Of a stretch of 64,000 nt of DNA, positions 1-10,605 are shown one piece after another. A model generated the notes under the pieces. It was not told the DNA's origin and did not search any database. It was given only the letters and a program-made list of their open reading frames with translations. The DNA comes from an uncultured Deinococcaceae bacterium (lineage in GTDB: Bacteria; Deinococcota; Deinococci; Deinococcales; Deinococcaceae), in assembly GCA_964252075.1 (NCBI GenBank), contig CAXULY010000008.1:32001-96000 (forward strand), in the 5' to 3' direction. A program made the translations under genes and the position numbers. Numbering within the stretch: position 1 is the first letter of the stretch; the number at the start of each line of letters is the position of its first letter.

Positions 1-819
1 CACGTCGAAGCGGGTCTTCACGCCATCCAGGGCGCTCAGGATGCCGCGGCTGTGCCCGTGCGCGCTGTCGAGTACCAGCACGTCCGCGCCCGCCGCGACG
101 AGCGCCGCGGCGCGCTCCATCAGGTCCGCGCTCACGCCGATGGCCGCCGCGACGCGCAGGCGCCCCAGGTCGTCCTTCGCGGCGCGCGGGTATTTGATGC
201 GCTTCGTGAGGTCCTTGATGGTGATGAGGCCCTTCAGCTTGAAGGCGTCGTCCACCACCAGCAGCTTCTCGATGCGGTGGCTCTTGAAGATCTCGCGCGC
301 CTGCTCCAGCGTCGTGCCGACCGGGACGGTCACGAGGTCCTCGCTCGTCATGACGTCCCGGATGGGCGTGCCGAAGTCCTCCACGAAGCGCATGTCGCGG
401 TTCGTGATGATGCCCAGCAGCGTGCCTTCCGGGTCCGTGATGGGCACGCCGCTGATGCGGTACTCGCCCATCAGGAGGTCCGCGTCGCGCACGGTGGCGG
501 TGGGCGGCAGCGTGATGGGGTCCACGATCATGCCGGACTCGCTGCGCTTCACCTTGCGCACCATCTCCGCCTGCGCCTCCAGCGGCATGTTCTTGTGGAT
601 CACGCCAATGCCGCCCTCGCGCGCCATCGCGACGGCCATCGCCGTTTCCGTGACGGTGTCCATCGCGGCGGACAGGAACGGCACGTTCAGGCGCACGCGC
701 CGGGTGAGCTGCGTGGAGAGGTTCACCTCGTTCGGCAGTACCTCGCTGCGGCGCGGCAGCAGCAGCACGTCGTCGAAGGTGATGCCGTCACGCCCGAATT
801 TGTAAGCAAAGCGGTCCAT
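1..819 (-). CDS. guaB: IMP dehydrogenase (5' part; runs off the window start)
   Basis: Not in the ORF track. Manual minus-strand translation from ATG at 819 gives [22 protein letters not shown]...SAAMDTVTE...GGIGVIHKN...a CBS pair...[10 protein letters not shown], the canonical IMPDH motifs. Confidence 0.97.
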   Translation of the reverse strand, partial: MDRFAYKFGRDGITFDDVLLLPRRSEVLPNEVNLSTQLTRRVRLNVPFLSAAMDTVTETAMAVAMAREGGIGVIHKNMPLEAQAEMVRKVKRSESGMIVDPITLPPTATVRDADLLMGEYRISGVPITDPEGTLLGIITNRDMRFVEDFGTPIRDVMTSEDLVTVPVGTTLEQAREIFKSHRIEKLLVVDDAFKLKGLITIKDLTKRIKYPRAAKDDLGRLRVAAAIGVSADLMERAAALVAAGADVLVLDSAHGHSRGILSALDGVKTRFDV

Positions 820-879
820 AGTCGCCGCGAATCTAACACGCGCGCCGCGGCGGCGCTGTGACGCGCATGGGGTTACGTC

Positions 880-908
880 TTGCGCACCCGCGAAACGCGT
901 GCTAATCT
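880..908 (+). promoter_or_regulatory. sigma70-type promoter for tRNA-Ala
   Basis: TTGCGC (880-885), a 17-nt spacer, then TG-n-TAATCT (903-908), about 40 nt upstream of the tRNA. Confidence 0.65.
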
Positions 909-949
909 CTTCTCCGCTGACCGGGCAAGGCCCGCCAGCCGCAACACGA

Positions 950-1025
<76 letters not shown>

Positions 1026-1030
1026 AGAAA

Positions 1031-1061
1031 GGGAAGCCGCCGCAAGGCGGCTTCCTTCTTT
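1031..1061 (+). terminator. Rho-independent terminator after the tRNA
   Basis: GGAAGCCGCC-GCAA-GGCGGCTTCC followed by TTCTTT. Confidence 0.9.
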
Positions 1062-1215
1062 GAATCCCGGCCCAGCGGAGGCGCGGTGTTGAGGGATGGA
1101 TGGCGTTCCGTTGCTCGGAGTCCGCGACGCACGGTGCAGAGGTGAGCGCCAGGATGCGATAGGTCCCGTGTCCCTGACCGTGATGACCCTCAACCAAGCG
1201 GGCTCGGGGCGGCGG

Positions 1216-1548
1216 TCACGCGTGCTTCGCCGCGCCACCCAGGTTCAGCACCGCGACGCCCGCGATGATGAGCGCGATGCCCGCGAGCGCCACCCAGTTG
1301 AAGGCGTCGCGGAAGTACACCCAGCCAATGAGCGCCGTGAGGGCCGTGCCCACCCCGGACCAGATGGCGTACGTGACGCCCAGCGGAATGCTGCGCAGCG
1401 CCTGCGACATCAGGTAGAAGGCCAGCGCGTACCCCAGCGCCACCACCACCGCGGGGCCCAGCCGCGTGAAGCCGGCGGAGGCGCGCAGGGCGCTCGTGCC
1501 GATCACCTCGGCCACGATGGCGAGGGAAAGCAGCAGGTACGGGTTCAC
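1216..1548 (-). CDS. SMR (EmrE/QacE-type) small multidrug efflux protein
   Basis: 110 aa with 4 hydrophobic segments, the conserved Glu in IVAEVIGT and PLGVTYAIWSGVG. GTG start overlaps the TetR stop (GTGA). Confidence 0.93.
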   Translation of the reverse strand: MNPYLLLSLAIVAEVIGTSALRASAGFTRLGPAVVVALGYALAFYLMSQALRSIPLGVTYAIWSGVGTALTALIGWVYFRDAFNWVALAGIALIIAGVAVLNLGGAAKHA

Positions 1549-2078
1549 GCGTCGCCCCGCGTGAGGCGCTCCACGGTGTCGCGCACCTGCGCGCGCGTCA
1601 CGTCGTCCGGCGCGCCTAGCCCGAGGAGGTCCGCCAGCCATAGGCCGTCCGCCGCGAGCGCGATCAGGGTGCCGAGGCCGGGCGGGAGGCCGTCCGCTTC
1701 TGCGCGCGCCCGCCACCCGGCGTAGCGGTCCCGCACGGGGGCGAGCAGGTTCGGGTTCAGGGCGATGGCGCCGATCACGGCGGCGGACGCGTCCGGTTGC
1801 GGGTCGCCGTCCAGCGTGACGGTGAAGTTCGCGCGCGCGAACCGCCCGAGCGGCTGCGGGTCCGTCGCCTCGCGCGCGGTGAGCGCCTGCTCGAAGGCGC
1901 CGAGGTGCGCGTCGAGGGCGGCCATCAGGAGGGCGTCCTTGCTGGGGTAGTGGTACAGCAGGCCGCCCTTGCTGACGCCCGCCTCGCGCGCTACGGCGTC
2001 GAGGGTGAGGCGGGCGGCACCGTCTCGCGTGATGACGCGCGTCGCGGCGTCCAGAATTGCTTCCTGAGTGGCTGTCAT
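1545..2078 (-). CDS. TetR family transcriptional regulator
   Basis: ILDAATRVI...LTLDAVAREAGVSKGGLLYHYPSKDAL is a TetR HTH. ATG lies 6 nt after TATAGT, so the gene is leaderless. Confidence 0.95.
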   Translation of the reverse strand: MTATQEAILDAATRVITRDGAARLTLDAVAREAGVSKGGLLYHYPSKDALLMAALDAHLGAFEQALTAREATDPQPLGRFARANFTVTLDGDPQPDASAAVIGAIALNPNLLAPVRDRYAGWRARAEADGLPPGLGTLIALAADGLWLADLLGLGAPDDVTRAQVRDTVERLTRGDA

Positions 2079-2082
2079 AAAA

Positions 2083-2110
2083 GCACTATACCGTCTGGAC
2101 GGTATAGTGC
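2083..2110. promoter_or_regulatory. Palindromic operator overlapping the tetR -10 box
   Basis: Perfect 13-bp inverted repeat GCACTATACCGTC-TG-GACGGTATAGTGC containing the minus-strand -10 TATAGT. Confidence 0.85.
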
Positions 2111-2204
2111 CAATTGGGGCGCACACAATCTTGTTGCTAGCGCCCGCAGCGCGCCTCCCCGGGCATTCCGAGCGCAAGGCCCCATCCCCCTCTACAATTG
2201 GGCG

Positions 2205-3251
2205 GTGTGGCTGCGCGCCTTAACAACCCACAACTACCGCAACCTCGCCCCCGACACGCTGCACTTCGAGCAGGGCGTGAACGGCGTGTGGGGTCAGAAC
2301 GGCGCGGGCAAGACGAACCTGCTGGAAGCCGCGTACCTTGCCCTCACCGGCCTGACGGACGTGACGCGCCTCGAACAGCTCGTGACGCGCGGTGAACGCG
2401 AAGCCTACGTGCGCGCCGAACTGCTCGGCGAGAGCGGCCTCAGCGTCCTCGAAGTCGGGCTGGGGCGCGGGCGGCGCGTGCTGAAAGCGGACGGCGTACG
2501 CGTGCGCGGCGGTGACCTGCCGCGCGGCAGCGCCGTCTGGATCCGCCCGGAGGACAGCGCCCTCGTGCTCGGCTCCCCCTCCGGGCGCCGCGCGTTCCTC
2601 GACGCGCTCCTCTCGCGCCTCAGCCAGCGCTACGCGCACGCCCTCACCCTCTACGAACGCAACCTCGCGCAGCGCAACGCCGCCCTCCGCTCCCGCGAGG
2701 GCTGGGCGCTCGAAGTGTGGGACCTGAAACTCGCGGAACTCGGTGGCGAGATCATGCGCCTGCGCCGCCGCATCGCCATTCGCCTCGGCGAACTCGCGCA
2801 GGACGCGCACCGCGCGCTCGGCGGCGTGAAACCCCTCATGATCGGCCTCAGCGAGAGCACCGACCCGGACACCTTCGCGGAGGACCTCGCGCGGCGCCGC
2901 GACGAGGAACTCGCGCGCGGCACCACCGTCGTCGGCCCGCACCGCGACGACCTCACCCTGCACCTCGACGACTTCCCCGCCGGGGAGTACGCGAGCCGCG
3001 GCGAGGCGCGCACCATCGCGCTCGCCCTGCGCAAGGCGGAACTCGACCTCATCACGGAACGCTACGGCGAACCGCCTGTGCTGCTCATTGATGACTACAG
3101 CGCCGAACTCGACCCGGGACGCCGCGCGTACCTGCTGGACCTCGCGGGCAGCGTCCCGCAGTCCATCGTGACCGGCACGGACGCCGCGCCGGGAGCCGTC
3201 CGCGTGTGGCGCGTGCAGGACGGGCATTTCGCGCCGGAGGTGCAGGCATGA
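2205..3251 (+). CDS. recF: DNA replication/repair protein RecF
   Basis: NYRNL, Walker A GQNGAGKTNLLEA, GPHRDDL, ASRGE and VLLIDD. GTG lies 6 nt after TACAAT. Confidence 0.97.
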   Translation: MWLRALTTHNYRNLAPDTLHFEQGVNGVWGQNGAGKTNLLEAAYLALTGLTDVTRLEQLVTRGEREAYVRAELLGESGLSVLEVGLGRGRRVLKADGVRVRGGDLPRGSAVWIRPEDSALVLGSPSGRRAFLDALLSRLSQRYAHALTLYERNLAQRNAALRSREGWALEVWDLKLAELGGEIMRLRRRIAIRLGELAQDAHRALGGVKPLMIGLSESTDPDTFAEDLARRRDEELARGTTVVGPHRDDLTLHLDDFPAGEYASRGEARTIALALRKAELDLITERYGEPPVLLIDDYSAELDPGRRAYLLDLAGSVPQSIVTGTDAAPGAVRVWRVQDGHFAPEVQA

Positions 3252-4096
3252 GGAAAGGCCGCAGCGGTAACGTCGACTGGCGCACCCTCCTGGCGCGTTC
3301 CCTCGACCGGAACCGCCTCAGCACCGGCATTCAGCGCGCCCGCGCCATCCTGGTGTGGCCGGAGGCGGTCGGCCCAGAACTCGCCCGCATGACGCGCGCC
3401 CGCAGCCTCCAGGGCGGCACCCTGGTCGTGGAGGCGCGCGACTCCGTCCTCGCGAACTTCCTCACCCTGCAGCGCCCCATGTTCCTGGACCGCCTGAATG
3501 CGCGCCTCGGGGACCGCCCCGTCGCGGAACTGCGCTTCGTGGTGGGGCAGATCGAGGCGCCGCGTGAGGAGCGCCCCCCCACGCCGCTCCCCGCGCCGGA
3601 CGCCCGGCGCGCCGCGGAACTCGTCGCGGAGGTGGGCGAGGACCTGCGCCCCGCCGCCCTGAAGGCCGCCGAGGCCATCACGCGCGCGCGCAAGTGGCGC
3701 GAGACGCAGGGCTGGCGGCCCTGCCCCAGCTGCGGCGAGCTGTCCAGCGCGCACCCCTGCCTCGCCTGTCAGGTGAGTTTCGACAACCCCCTCGTGCGCC
3801 GCGAGAGCGGCCTCCTCATCCGCACGCCCGAACGCCTTGGGCAGCTTGGCGCCACGCTCGGCGAAAGTGGCGCGGACGCCGCGCGTTACCTCGCCATGCA
3901 GGGCCTCGCGGAGCAACTCGAGATGCTCGCGCTGGAGTGCGTACGTGAGGGCGGCGCCGCCGAATACAAGGAGTTCCTGCGCGCGCAGTGCGAGGCGTGG
4001 CTCGCGCTGCACCACCGCAAGACGCGGCGGGAACTCGTGCGCGCGGACTGGCGGGCGCTGCCGGATCACCCACGGCACGTGCTGGACGCGCGCTAG
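3248..4096 (+). CDS. DUF721/DciA-like protein with C-terminal Zn-ribbon extension
   Basis: WPEAVGPELARMT...GTLVV N-terminal domain plus CPSC...CLAC. ATGA-coupled to recF, the usual context for this family. Confidence 0.8.
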   Translation: MRKGRSGNVDWRTLLARSLDRNRLSTGIQRARAILVWPEAVGPELARMTRARSLQGGTLVVEARDSVLANFLTLQRPMFLDRLNARLGDRPVAELRFVVGQIEAPREERPPTPLPAPDARRAAELVAEVGEDLRPAALKAAEAITRARKWRETQGWRPCPSCGELSSAHPCLACQVSFDNPLVRRESGLLIRTPERLGQLGATLGESGADAARYLAMQGLAEQLEMLALECVREGGAAEYKEFLRAQCEAWLALHHRKTRRELVRADWRALPDHPRHVLDAR

Positions 4097-4305
4097 GGGA
4101 GAAGGGCGGCACAGTGCGTGCGATCATCAATGGCTGGTTTCAAGGAGGGGCGCATCCGCGTCTGGGAGTGCGGGGTAACTTCCACCATCGGCCCACGGAG
4201 CGCTGGGGTCGCTTTCGGGACTTAATAGGCGGCGATCGTTTGCTTGCCGTAGCGCCGCGTCGTGGGGCTTCCCAGTTCCTACCCGCGTCACTACAATGTG
4301 TCGAA

Positions 4306-4566
4306 GTGCGGATTTTCTGGGGCATCCTGACGGCGCTGCTCGCCCTGGCGGGCCTCGCGGTGGCGCCGCTCGCCATCGCGGCCTTTGCGGGCATCAACCC
4401 CGCCGCGCCGGACGCATTGCGGCTGCTGTCCGCCCTGGAAGGCACCGTCTCGGCGGTCGTCATGACGCGCTTTCACTTCACGCTGGACGCCTTCTGGCGG
4501 GGCGCCGCGTACATGGGCGTGGCGTGCCTCCTGATCTGGCTGGCGGCGTACGTCAAGCCGCGCTGA
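4306..4566 (+). CDS. Small membrane protein
   Basis: 86 aa with two hydrophobic segments, GC-rich codon usage and TACAAT just upstream. Confidence 0.65.
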   Translation: MRIFWGILTALLALAGLAVAPLAIAAFAGINPAAPDALRLLSALEGTVSAVVMTRFHFTLDAFWRGAAYMGVACLLIWLAAYVKPR

Positions 4567-4724
4567 CACGAAGTCCACATGCGCCGCGCGCCCCTCGCAC
4601 CGCTCAAAATCCTCACGCCGGGTGCGTGTTAGCATACGGTGCTCGCCGCGAGGTGGGTCGAGGGCGCGCGCGCCGCGTGCGCCCGATCCACGCGCGGCCT
4701 GAAGGCCGTCACAGAGGAGATCAC

Positions 4725-5765
4725 GTGAGATTTTCGGAAGACATTGGCATTGACCTCGGAACGGCGACGTTCCTGATTTACAGCAAGAACCGCGGCCTGG
4801 TCCTCCAGGAACCCAGCGTGATCGCCATGACGCGCGACAGTAAGGAAGTCGTCGCGGTGGGCGAGGAAGCCTACCGCATGCTGGGCCGCACGCCCGGAAG
4901 CATCGTCGCGGTCCGCCCCATCAAGGACGGCGTGATCGCCGACGACGCCCTCACCGAGAAGATGATCACCATGTTCCTGCGCAAGGTGCAGGGCGGCGCG
5001 GGCCGACTGTTCGGCTTCAAGCCGCAACTCATGGTGGGCGTGCCGAGCGGCGTGACGGACGTGGAGAAGCGCGCGGTGCTGCGCGCCGCGCTGAACGCCA
5101 ACGCCAAACGCGCCTTCCTGATTGAGGAGCCGCTCGCCGCCGCGATCGGCGCGGGCCTCAAGATCGCGGAGCCGGTGGGCAGCATGGTGGTGGACATCGG
5201 CGGCGGCAGCACGGACGTCGCCGTGATCTCCCTGGGCGGCATCGTGGTGAGTGAGTCGCTGCGCGTCGCGGGCAACGAGTTCGACGAGAGCATCATCCGT
5301 TTCGTGCGCCGCGCTCACAACGTCATGATTGGTGAGCGCACCGCCGAGGAGATCAAGGTGAAGGTCGGCGCCGCGATGCTGATGCGCCCCGAGGACAACC
5401 TCGTCGCGGAGGTGCGCGGGCGTGACCTCGTGAACGGCCTGCCGCGCACCGTGCAGCTGCAGTCCGCGGACATCGTGGAGGCGCTTCAGGAGCCCGTCAG
5501 CAAGATCGTGGAGGGTGTGAAGCGCGTGCTGGAAAGCACCCCGCCGGAACTCGTGAGCGACATCATCGACCGCGGCATCGTCATGACGGGCGGCGGCAGC
5601 CTCCTGCGTCACTTCGACGAGCTGCTGCGTCAGGCGACGGGCATTCCCGTGGCGGTCGCGGAGAACGCCACGGAGGCCGTCGCGGTCGGGACGGGCATGG
5701 CACTCGAGATGATTCACGTGCTGCGCCACCACCTGATCTCCAGCGAGAACTACCTGCGCAGGTAA
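4725..5765 (+). CDS. mreB: Rod shape-determining actin homolog MreB
   Basis: DIGIDLGTA, EPSVIA, RPIKDGVIAD, EEPLAAAIGAG, VDIGGGSTDVA and MTGGGSLL. SD GAGGAG precedes the GTG start. Confidence 0.97.
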   Translation: MRFSEDIGIDLGTATFLIYSKNRGLVLQEPSVIAMTRDSKEVVAVGEEAYRMLGRTPGSIVAVRPIKDGVIADDALTEKMITMFLRKVQGGAGRLFGFKPQLMVGVPSGVTDVEKRAVLRAALNANAKRAFLIEEPLAAAIGAGLKIAEPVGSMVVDIGGGSTDVAVISLGGIVVSESLRVAGNEFDESIIRFVRRAHNVMIGERTAEEIKVKVGAAMLMRPEDNLVAEVRGRDLVNGLPRTVQLQSADIVEALQEPVSKIVEGVKRVLESTPPELVSDIIDRGIVMTGGGSLLRHFDELLRQATGIPVAVAENATEAVAVGTGMALEMIHVLRHHLISSENYLRR

Positions 5766-5816
5766 GCTGAGGTGGGCGCCCCTGCCTCTGGCTGGGTGCC
5801 CACACCCCACGGACTT

Positions 5817-6260
5817 ATGACCGACACCCAACCCAGCCATCTGACCATTCAGGACGTGCTCAAGGTCCTGCCGCACCGTTACCCTTTCATGCTGGTGGAC
5901 CGCGTGCTGTCCCACGGCGGTGGCGTGGTGCACGCCATCAAGAACGTGTCCATCGGCGAGCCGTTCTTCCAGGGGCACTTCCCGCAGGAGCCCGTCATGC
6001 CGGGCGTGCTGATCATTGAGGCGCTCGCGCAGGCCAGCATGTTCGCCATCGAGATCGCGCCGGGCAGCATCGGGTACCTCGCGGGCCTGGAGGGCGTGCG
6101 CTTCAAACGCAAGGTGGTGCCCGGCGACGTGCTGCACCTGCACGTCAGGCTGGAATTCCTGCGGCGCGGCCTCGGCAAGACGGTGTGCCGCGCCGAGGTG
6201 GACGGCGAGGTGGCCGCCGAGGCGACGGTGCTGTTCGCGCTGAGCAAACCCGCTTCATGA
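5817..6260 (+). CDS. fabZ: 3-hydroxyacyl-ACP dehydratase FabZ
   Basis: LPHRYPFMLVDRV and FFQGHFPQEPVMPGVLIIEALAQ. Confidence 0.96.
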   Translation: MTDTQPSHLTIQDVLKVLPHRYPFMLVDRVLSHGGGVVHAIKNVSIGEPFFQGHFPQEPVMPGVLIIEALAQASMFAIEIAPGSIGYLAGLEGVRFKRKVVPGDVLHLHVRLEFLRRGLGKTVCRAEVDGEVAAEATVLFALSKPAS

Positions 6261-7396
6261 CCGCGCGCCTCACCCGGTACCTCACGCGCGAGTTCGTGCC
6301 GCCCCTCATCGCGGGCGCGGCGCTCTTCACGGCGGTCCTGAGCTTCGGGTACTTCTTCATCTCCAGTCAGTACCTGAAGGGCGTGCCGCTCGGCCTCGTG
6401 CTGGAGTGGATCGCGTACCAGGTGCCCGACACGCTCTCCAAGATCCTGCCGATGGCGGTGGTGCTGATGGTGGTGGTCGGCTTCGGGCGGCTCTCCACGG
6501 AGCGCGAACTGATCGCCATGCAGTCTGGCGGGCTCTCCCTGGGCCGCGCCAGCATTCCCGCCGTGGTGATCGCCGTGCTGGTGACCATCGTGGCCGTCTG
6601 GATGAGCCTGTGGGTGGCGCCGAGCGCGAACGTCGCGGCGCGCAGCCTGTACTGGGACACCCTCACGGGCGGCGGGCTGCAGCAGCTGGGCGGCCGGACC
6701 ACGTCGCTCGGGCAGGGCCTGGAGCTGTACTTCGACGGGTACGACACGCAGTCGAAACGCATGCGCGGCGTGCGGCTGCAGCAGTGGACGGGCCGGCAGG
6801 CCACCATCATCTTCGCGGACAGCGGGGACTTCCAGGGGAACACCATCACCCTCACGGGCTACCAGGGGTACACCGTGAATTACGACGCCGTGCGCGCCCT
6901 GGACGCCGTGCCGGACAACGACCCGCAGGCCTTCCGCGCGGCGGTGCAGAACGTTTTCACGGGCGAGAACGTCGCGCCGAACGCCCAGGCCACCCTGGAG
7001 ATCGACACCGGCCTGTCGCGCGCGCAGACCATCGCGCAGTACGCCGACGCGGTCGGCGCGGACGCCAGCAGCTGGTCCTCCCTGACGCGCACCCTGCACG
7101 ACCCGAAGACCACCCCCGTGGAGAAGCGGGCGGCGCGGCTGGACCTGAACCGCAAACTCGCGCTGCCCTTCGGGAACCTTGTGCTGGTCCTTGCGGCGCT
7201 GCCCTTCGCGCTGCGGTATGGGCGCTCGACCGGCACCGCGCTGGGCGTCGCGCTGCTGATCGCGGTCGCGTACTACCTGCTGTTCTTCGTGGGCCTCGCG
7301 CTCGCGGGCGCCGTGCCGGCCCTCACGGAAGTGGGGGTGTGGTTCGCGAACATCGTGTTCGCGATTGCCGGACTCCTGCTGCTGAGGCGCACGTGA
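6257..7396 (+). CDS. LptF/LptG (YjgP/YjgQ) family permease
   Basis: RLTRYLTREF start, RLSTERELIAMQSGGLS coupling helix, three TM segments on each side of a periplasmic domain, KLALPF. Confidence 0.88.
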   Translation: MTARLTRYLTREFVPPLIAGAALFTAVLSFGYFFISSQYLKGVPLGLVLEWIAYQVPDTLSKILPMAVVLMVVVGFGRLSTERELIAMQSGGLSLGRASIPAVVIAVLVTIVAVWMSLWVAPSANVAARSLYWDTLTGGGLQQLGGRTTSLGQGLELYFDGYDTQSKRMRGVRLQQWTGRQATIIFADSGDFQGNTITLTGYQGYTVNYDAVRALDAVPDNDPQAFRAAVQNVFTGENVAPNAQATLEIDTGLSRAQTIAQYADAVGADASSWSSLTRTLHDPKTTPVEKRAARLDLNRKLALPFGNLVLVLAALPFALRYGRSTGTALGVALLIAVAYYLLFFVGLALAGAVPALTEVGVWFANIVFAIAGLLLLRRT

Positions 7397-8562
7397 GCGG
7401 CGCGCCCGGCGCTGGCGCGCGCGCCCCGCTGCGCGCCCTGCTGCTGTCCGCCAGCCTGGGTGGCGGGCACCAGAAGGCCGGGGAGGCCCTCACGCACGCC
7501 CTCGGCGAGCTCGCGCCGGGCTTCGAGGCGGTGCACAGCGATTACCTCACGTACCTGAACCCCATCGAGCGCACGCTGAGCGCCGGGCTGTACATGGCGT
7601 GGCTGCGGTACCATCCCGCCAGCTACCGCTTCTTCTACGACTGGACGAACCGCGAGTCCGAACCGTGGTTCATCACGGGCAGTTTCGGGTGGGCGGGCGT
7701 GATCGGCATGGCGCGCGACCTGCGCCGCACGCGCCCGCAGCTGGTGGTGAGCAGTTACACTGCGCCCGCCACGCTCGCGGGCGTGGTGCGCCAGCGCCTG
7801 GGCCTGCAGTTCCTGAACGCCATGGTCGTCACGGATTACAGCATTCACAAGCACTGGGCGCGCCCGGAGGCGGACCTCCTGCTGGTGCCCACCGAGCAGG
7901 CGCGCCATGAGCTGATCGAGTGGGGCATTCCCGCCGAGCGCGTACACATCACGGGCATTCCCATCCTGCCGCGCTACCGGGAGCTGGTGGGCGCCGACAA
8001 GCACGAGTTGCGCCGCCGCTTCGGCCTGCGGCCCGACGAACCCATGGTGCTGGTGTCGGCGGGCGCCGCGCAGGGCACGTACCACGGCCTGCGCGAGGTG
8101 TGTGAGGCCGCCGCCAGCCTCGGCACGCGCGTGCAGGTGCTGCTGGCGGGCGGCGGCGGGCCGCTCGGGGTGGAGCGCGTGGGCGGCGCCACCATCCACC
8201 GCCTGGGCTTCACGGCGGACTTCCCGGAACTGCTGGCCGCCAGTGACCTCGTGGTGGGCAAGGCGGGCGGCCTGACCGTCGCGGAGGCGCTCGCGCTCGG
8301 CGTGCCGCTCCTCGTGTACCGCCCCATCCCGGGGCAGGAGGAAGGCAACGCCCATTACCTGGAGGCGCAGGGCGCCGCGCTGTGGGCGCGCAGCCACTGG
8401 GAGCTGCGCCGCGACCTGCTGTCGCTGCTCGGCGACCCCGCACGCCTGAATGCCATGAGCGCCGCCGCGCGCCGCGTGGGCCGCCCGGACGCCGCCTTCG
8501 ACGCGGCGCGCCTCCTGCTGAGCAAGGTGGGCGTGCCGGTCCGTGAACAGGTGGGTGCATGA
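7393..8562 (+). CDS. MGDG synthase/UgtP/YkoN-like GT28 glycosyltransferase
   Basis: SASLGGGH, VVTDYSIHKHW, TGIPI, KAGGLTVAEA and PIPGQEEGNA. GTGA overlap with the upstream gene. Confidence 0.9.
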   Translation: MSGAPGAGARAPLRALLLSASLGGGHQKAGEALTHALGELAPGFEAVHSDYLTYLNPIERTLSAGLYMAWLRYHPASYRFFYDWTNRESEPWFITGSFGWAGVIGMARDLRRTRPQLVVSSYTAPATLAGVVRQRLGLQFLNAMVVTDYSIHKHWARPEADLLLVPTEQARHELIEWGIPAERVHITGIPILPRYRELVGADKHELRRRFGLRPDEPMVLVSAGAAQGTYHGLREVCEAAASLGTRVQVLLAGGGGPLGVERVGGATIHRLGFTADFPELLAASDLVVGKAGGLTVAEALALGVPLLVYRPIPGQEEGNAHYLEAQGAALWARSHWELRRDLLSLLGDPARLNAMSAAARRVGRPDAAFDAARLLLSKVGVPVREQVGA

Positions 8563-9802
8563 ACAGAACCCTGAAACTGACGCTGACGGCGCTGGGCACG
8601 TACCTCGCCGCGAACATCGCGCTGCCGTACGCGCTCGTGCAGGTCCTGAACCTTGGCCTCGTGCGGGTGGGGCGCGCGCGCGAGGCGGGCCTCGCGCTCA
8701 CCTTCGATGACGGCCCCGACCCCGAGACCACCCCGCAGGTGCTGGACGCGCTGCGCGAGGCGGGCGTGCCCGCCACCTTCTTCGTCCTCGCGGACCGCGC
8801 GGAGGCGCACCCGGAACTCATTCGGCGCATGCTCGCCGAGGGCCACGAGGTGCACCCGCACGGCGAGGTGCACCGCCACGCCTGGACGCGCGCCCCGTGG
8901 GGCGTGTGGCAGGACGTGCAGCGCGCCGCGGAGCGCCTGCAGCGCCTCACGGGCGTGCGACCGACGTACTACCGCCCGCCGCACGGCGCGTACACCCTCG
9001 CCACGGTGCTGGCCCTGCGCGCCGCACACCTCACGGGCGCGCACTGGACGGTGGAGGCGCACGACTGGCGCCCGGACTTCACGCCCGAGGACGTCACGCG
9101 CCGCGTGCTGGAGCACGCGCGCCCCGGCGGCATCATCGTGATGCACGACGCGGGCCCCGGCGCGGAGAACACCATCCCCGCCCTGCCGGGCCTCATCGCG
9201 GAACTCAGGGCGCGCGAGTACGTCTTCCGCCCGCTGGGCGCGCTGCAGGGCCTCGCGCCCGTCACGCCCGCCGACCTCCCCCGGCGCCTCCTGAACGTCG
9301 TGGACGCCCGCTTCGACCGCAAGTACGGGGTGCGGCGCGCGGGCGTGCGCGCCAACAGCGGCTTCCGGCTGGGGCCCTCGCCGCTCTCGCAGGACGTCAC
9401 CCTGCAGGACGGCACGGTCTTCAAGCGCGGCACGCCCGGCCTGGAAATTCACATTGACAGCTTCCGCATGGTGGATGTGGGCCTGCGCTACGGCGTCACG
9501 ACCCTCATGCCGCGCGCCCTGCAGGACGTCGCGCGCGAACTGGAGTCGGACCCCGCTTGGCGCGAGGCGCCCTTCATCTTCACGGTCGGGACCTTCTGGG
9601 GCATCCTCGGGCCCTTCGGGTTCGAGCTGCACGAGGCGCCGCCCTTCACCGCGTGGCGCCTCACCCTCTGGACGCGCCTCATCCGCGCGGTGTTCCAGAG
9701 TGACCCCGTGCGGCGCCCCCTGGAGGCGAAGATGGCGATCATCCGCCGCGAGGACCTCATCGCGCGCTACCGGGACCTGCCCACGCGCCAGAAGCGCCGC
9801 GC

Positions 9803-9806
<4 letters not shown>
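8559..9806 (+). CDS. Polysaccharide deacetylase (NodB/CE4) with extra C-terminal, probably YkoP-like, domain
   Basis: N-terminal hydrophobic anchor, TFDDGP, HGEVH, YRPPHG and IIVMHD, followed by ~170 aa containing LEIHID. Confidence 0.85.
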
Positions 9807-10543
<737 letters not shown>

Positions 10544-10556
10544 GGGCGCACCCATG

Positions 10557-10594
10557 AGGCCGGGGCGGGCGAGGTTGCTCGCCCGCCCCGGCCT
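10557..10594. terminator. Hairpin between convergent genes (probable bidirectional terminator)
   Basis: 17-bp perfect stem AGGCCGGGGCGGGCGAG-GTTG-CTCGCCCGCCCCGGCCT, with no U-tract. Confidence 0.65.
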
Positions 10595-10605
10595 GCGCCG
10601 TCACG

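Noticed and set aside
41..861. Long plus-strand ORFs (254 and 269 aa), and many similar long Arg/Ala/Gly-rich ORFs throughout the track
   Set aside because: These are shadow frames of real genes (here antisense to guaB), caused by stop-codon scarcity at high GC. They show no family motifs.
1088..1194. GTTGAGGG...CCCTCAAC inverted repeat downstream of tRNA-Ala (possible MITE or att scar)
   Set aside because: Only 8 bp long, with no target-site duplication, no second copy, no tRNA 3' duplication and no integrase in the window.
4114..4225. Low-GC short ORF MAGFKEGRIRVWECG... between DUF721 and the small membrane gene
   Set aside because: Atypical codons, no SD or well-spaced -10, and too short to assign. 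At most a remnant.
4639..4728. Possible uORF whose TGA overlaps the mreB GTG
   Set aside because: Its GTG is only 3 nt after TAGCAT, too close to lie within the transcript, and mreB has its own SD.
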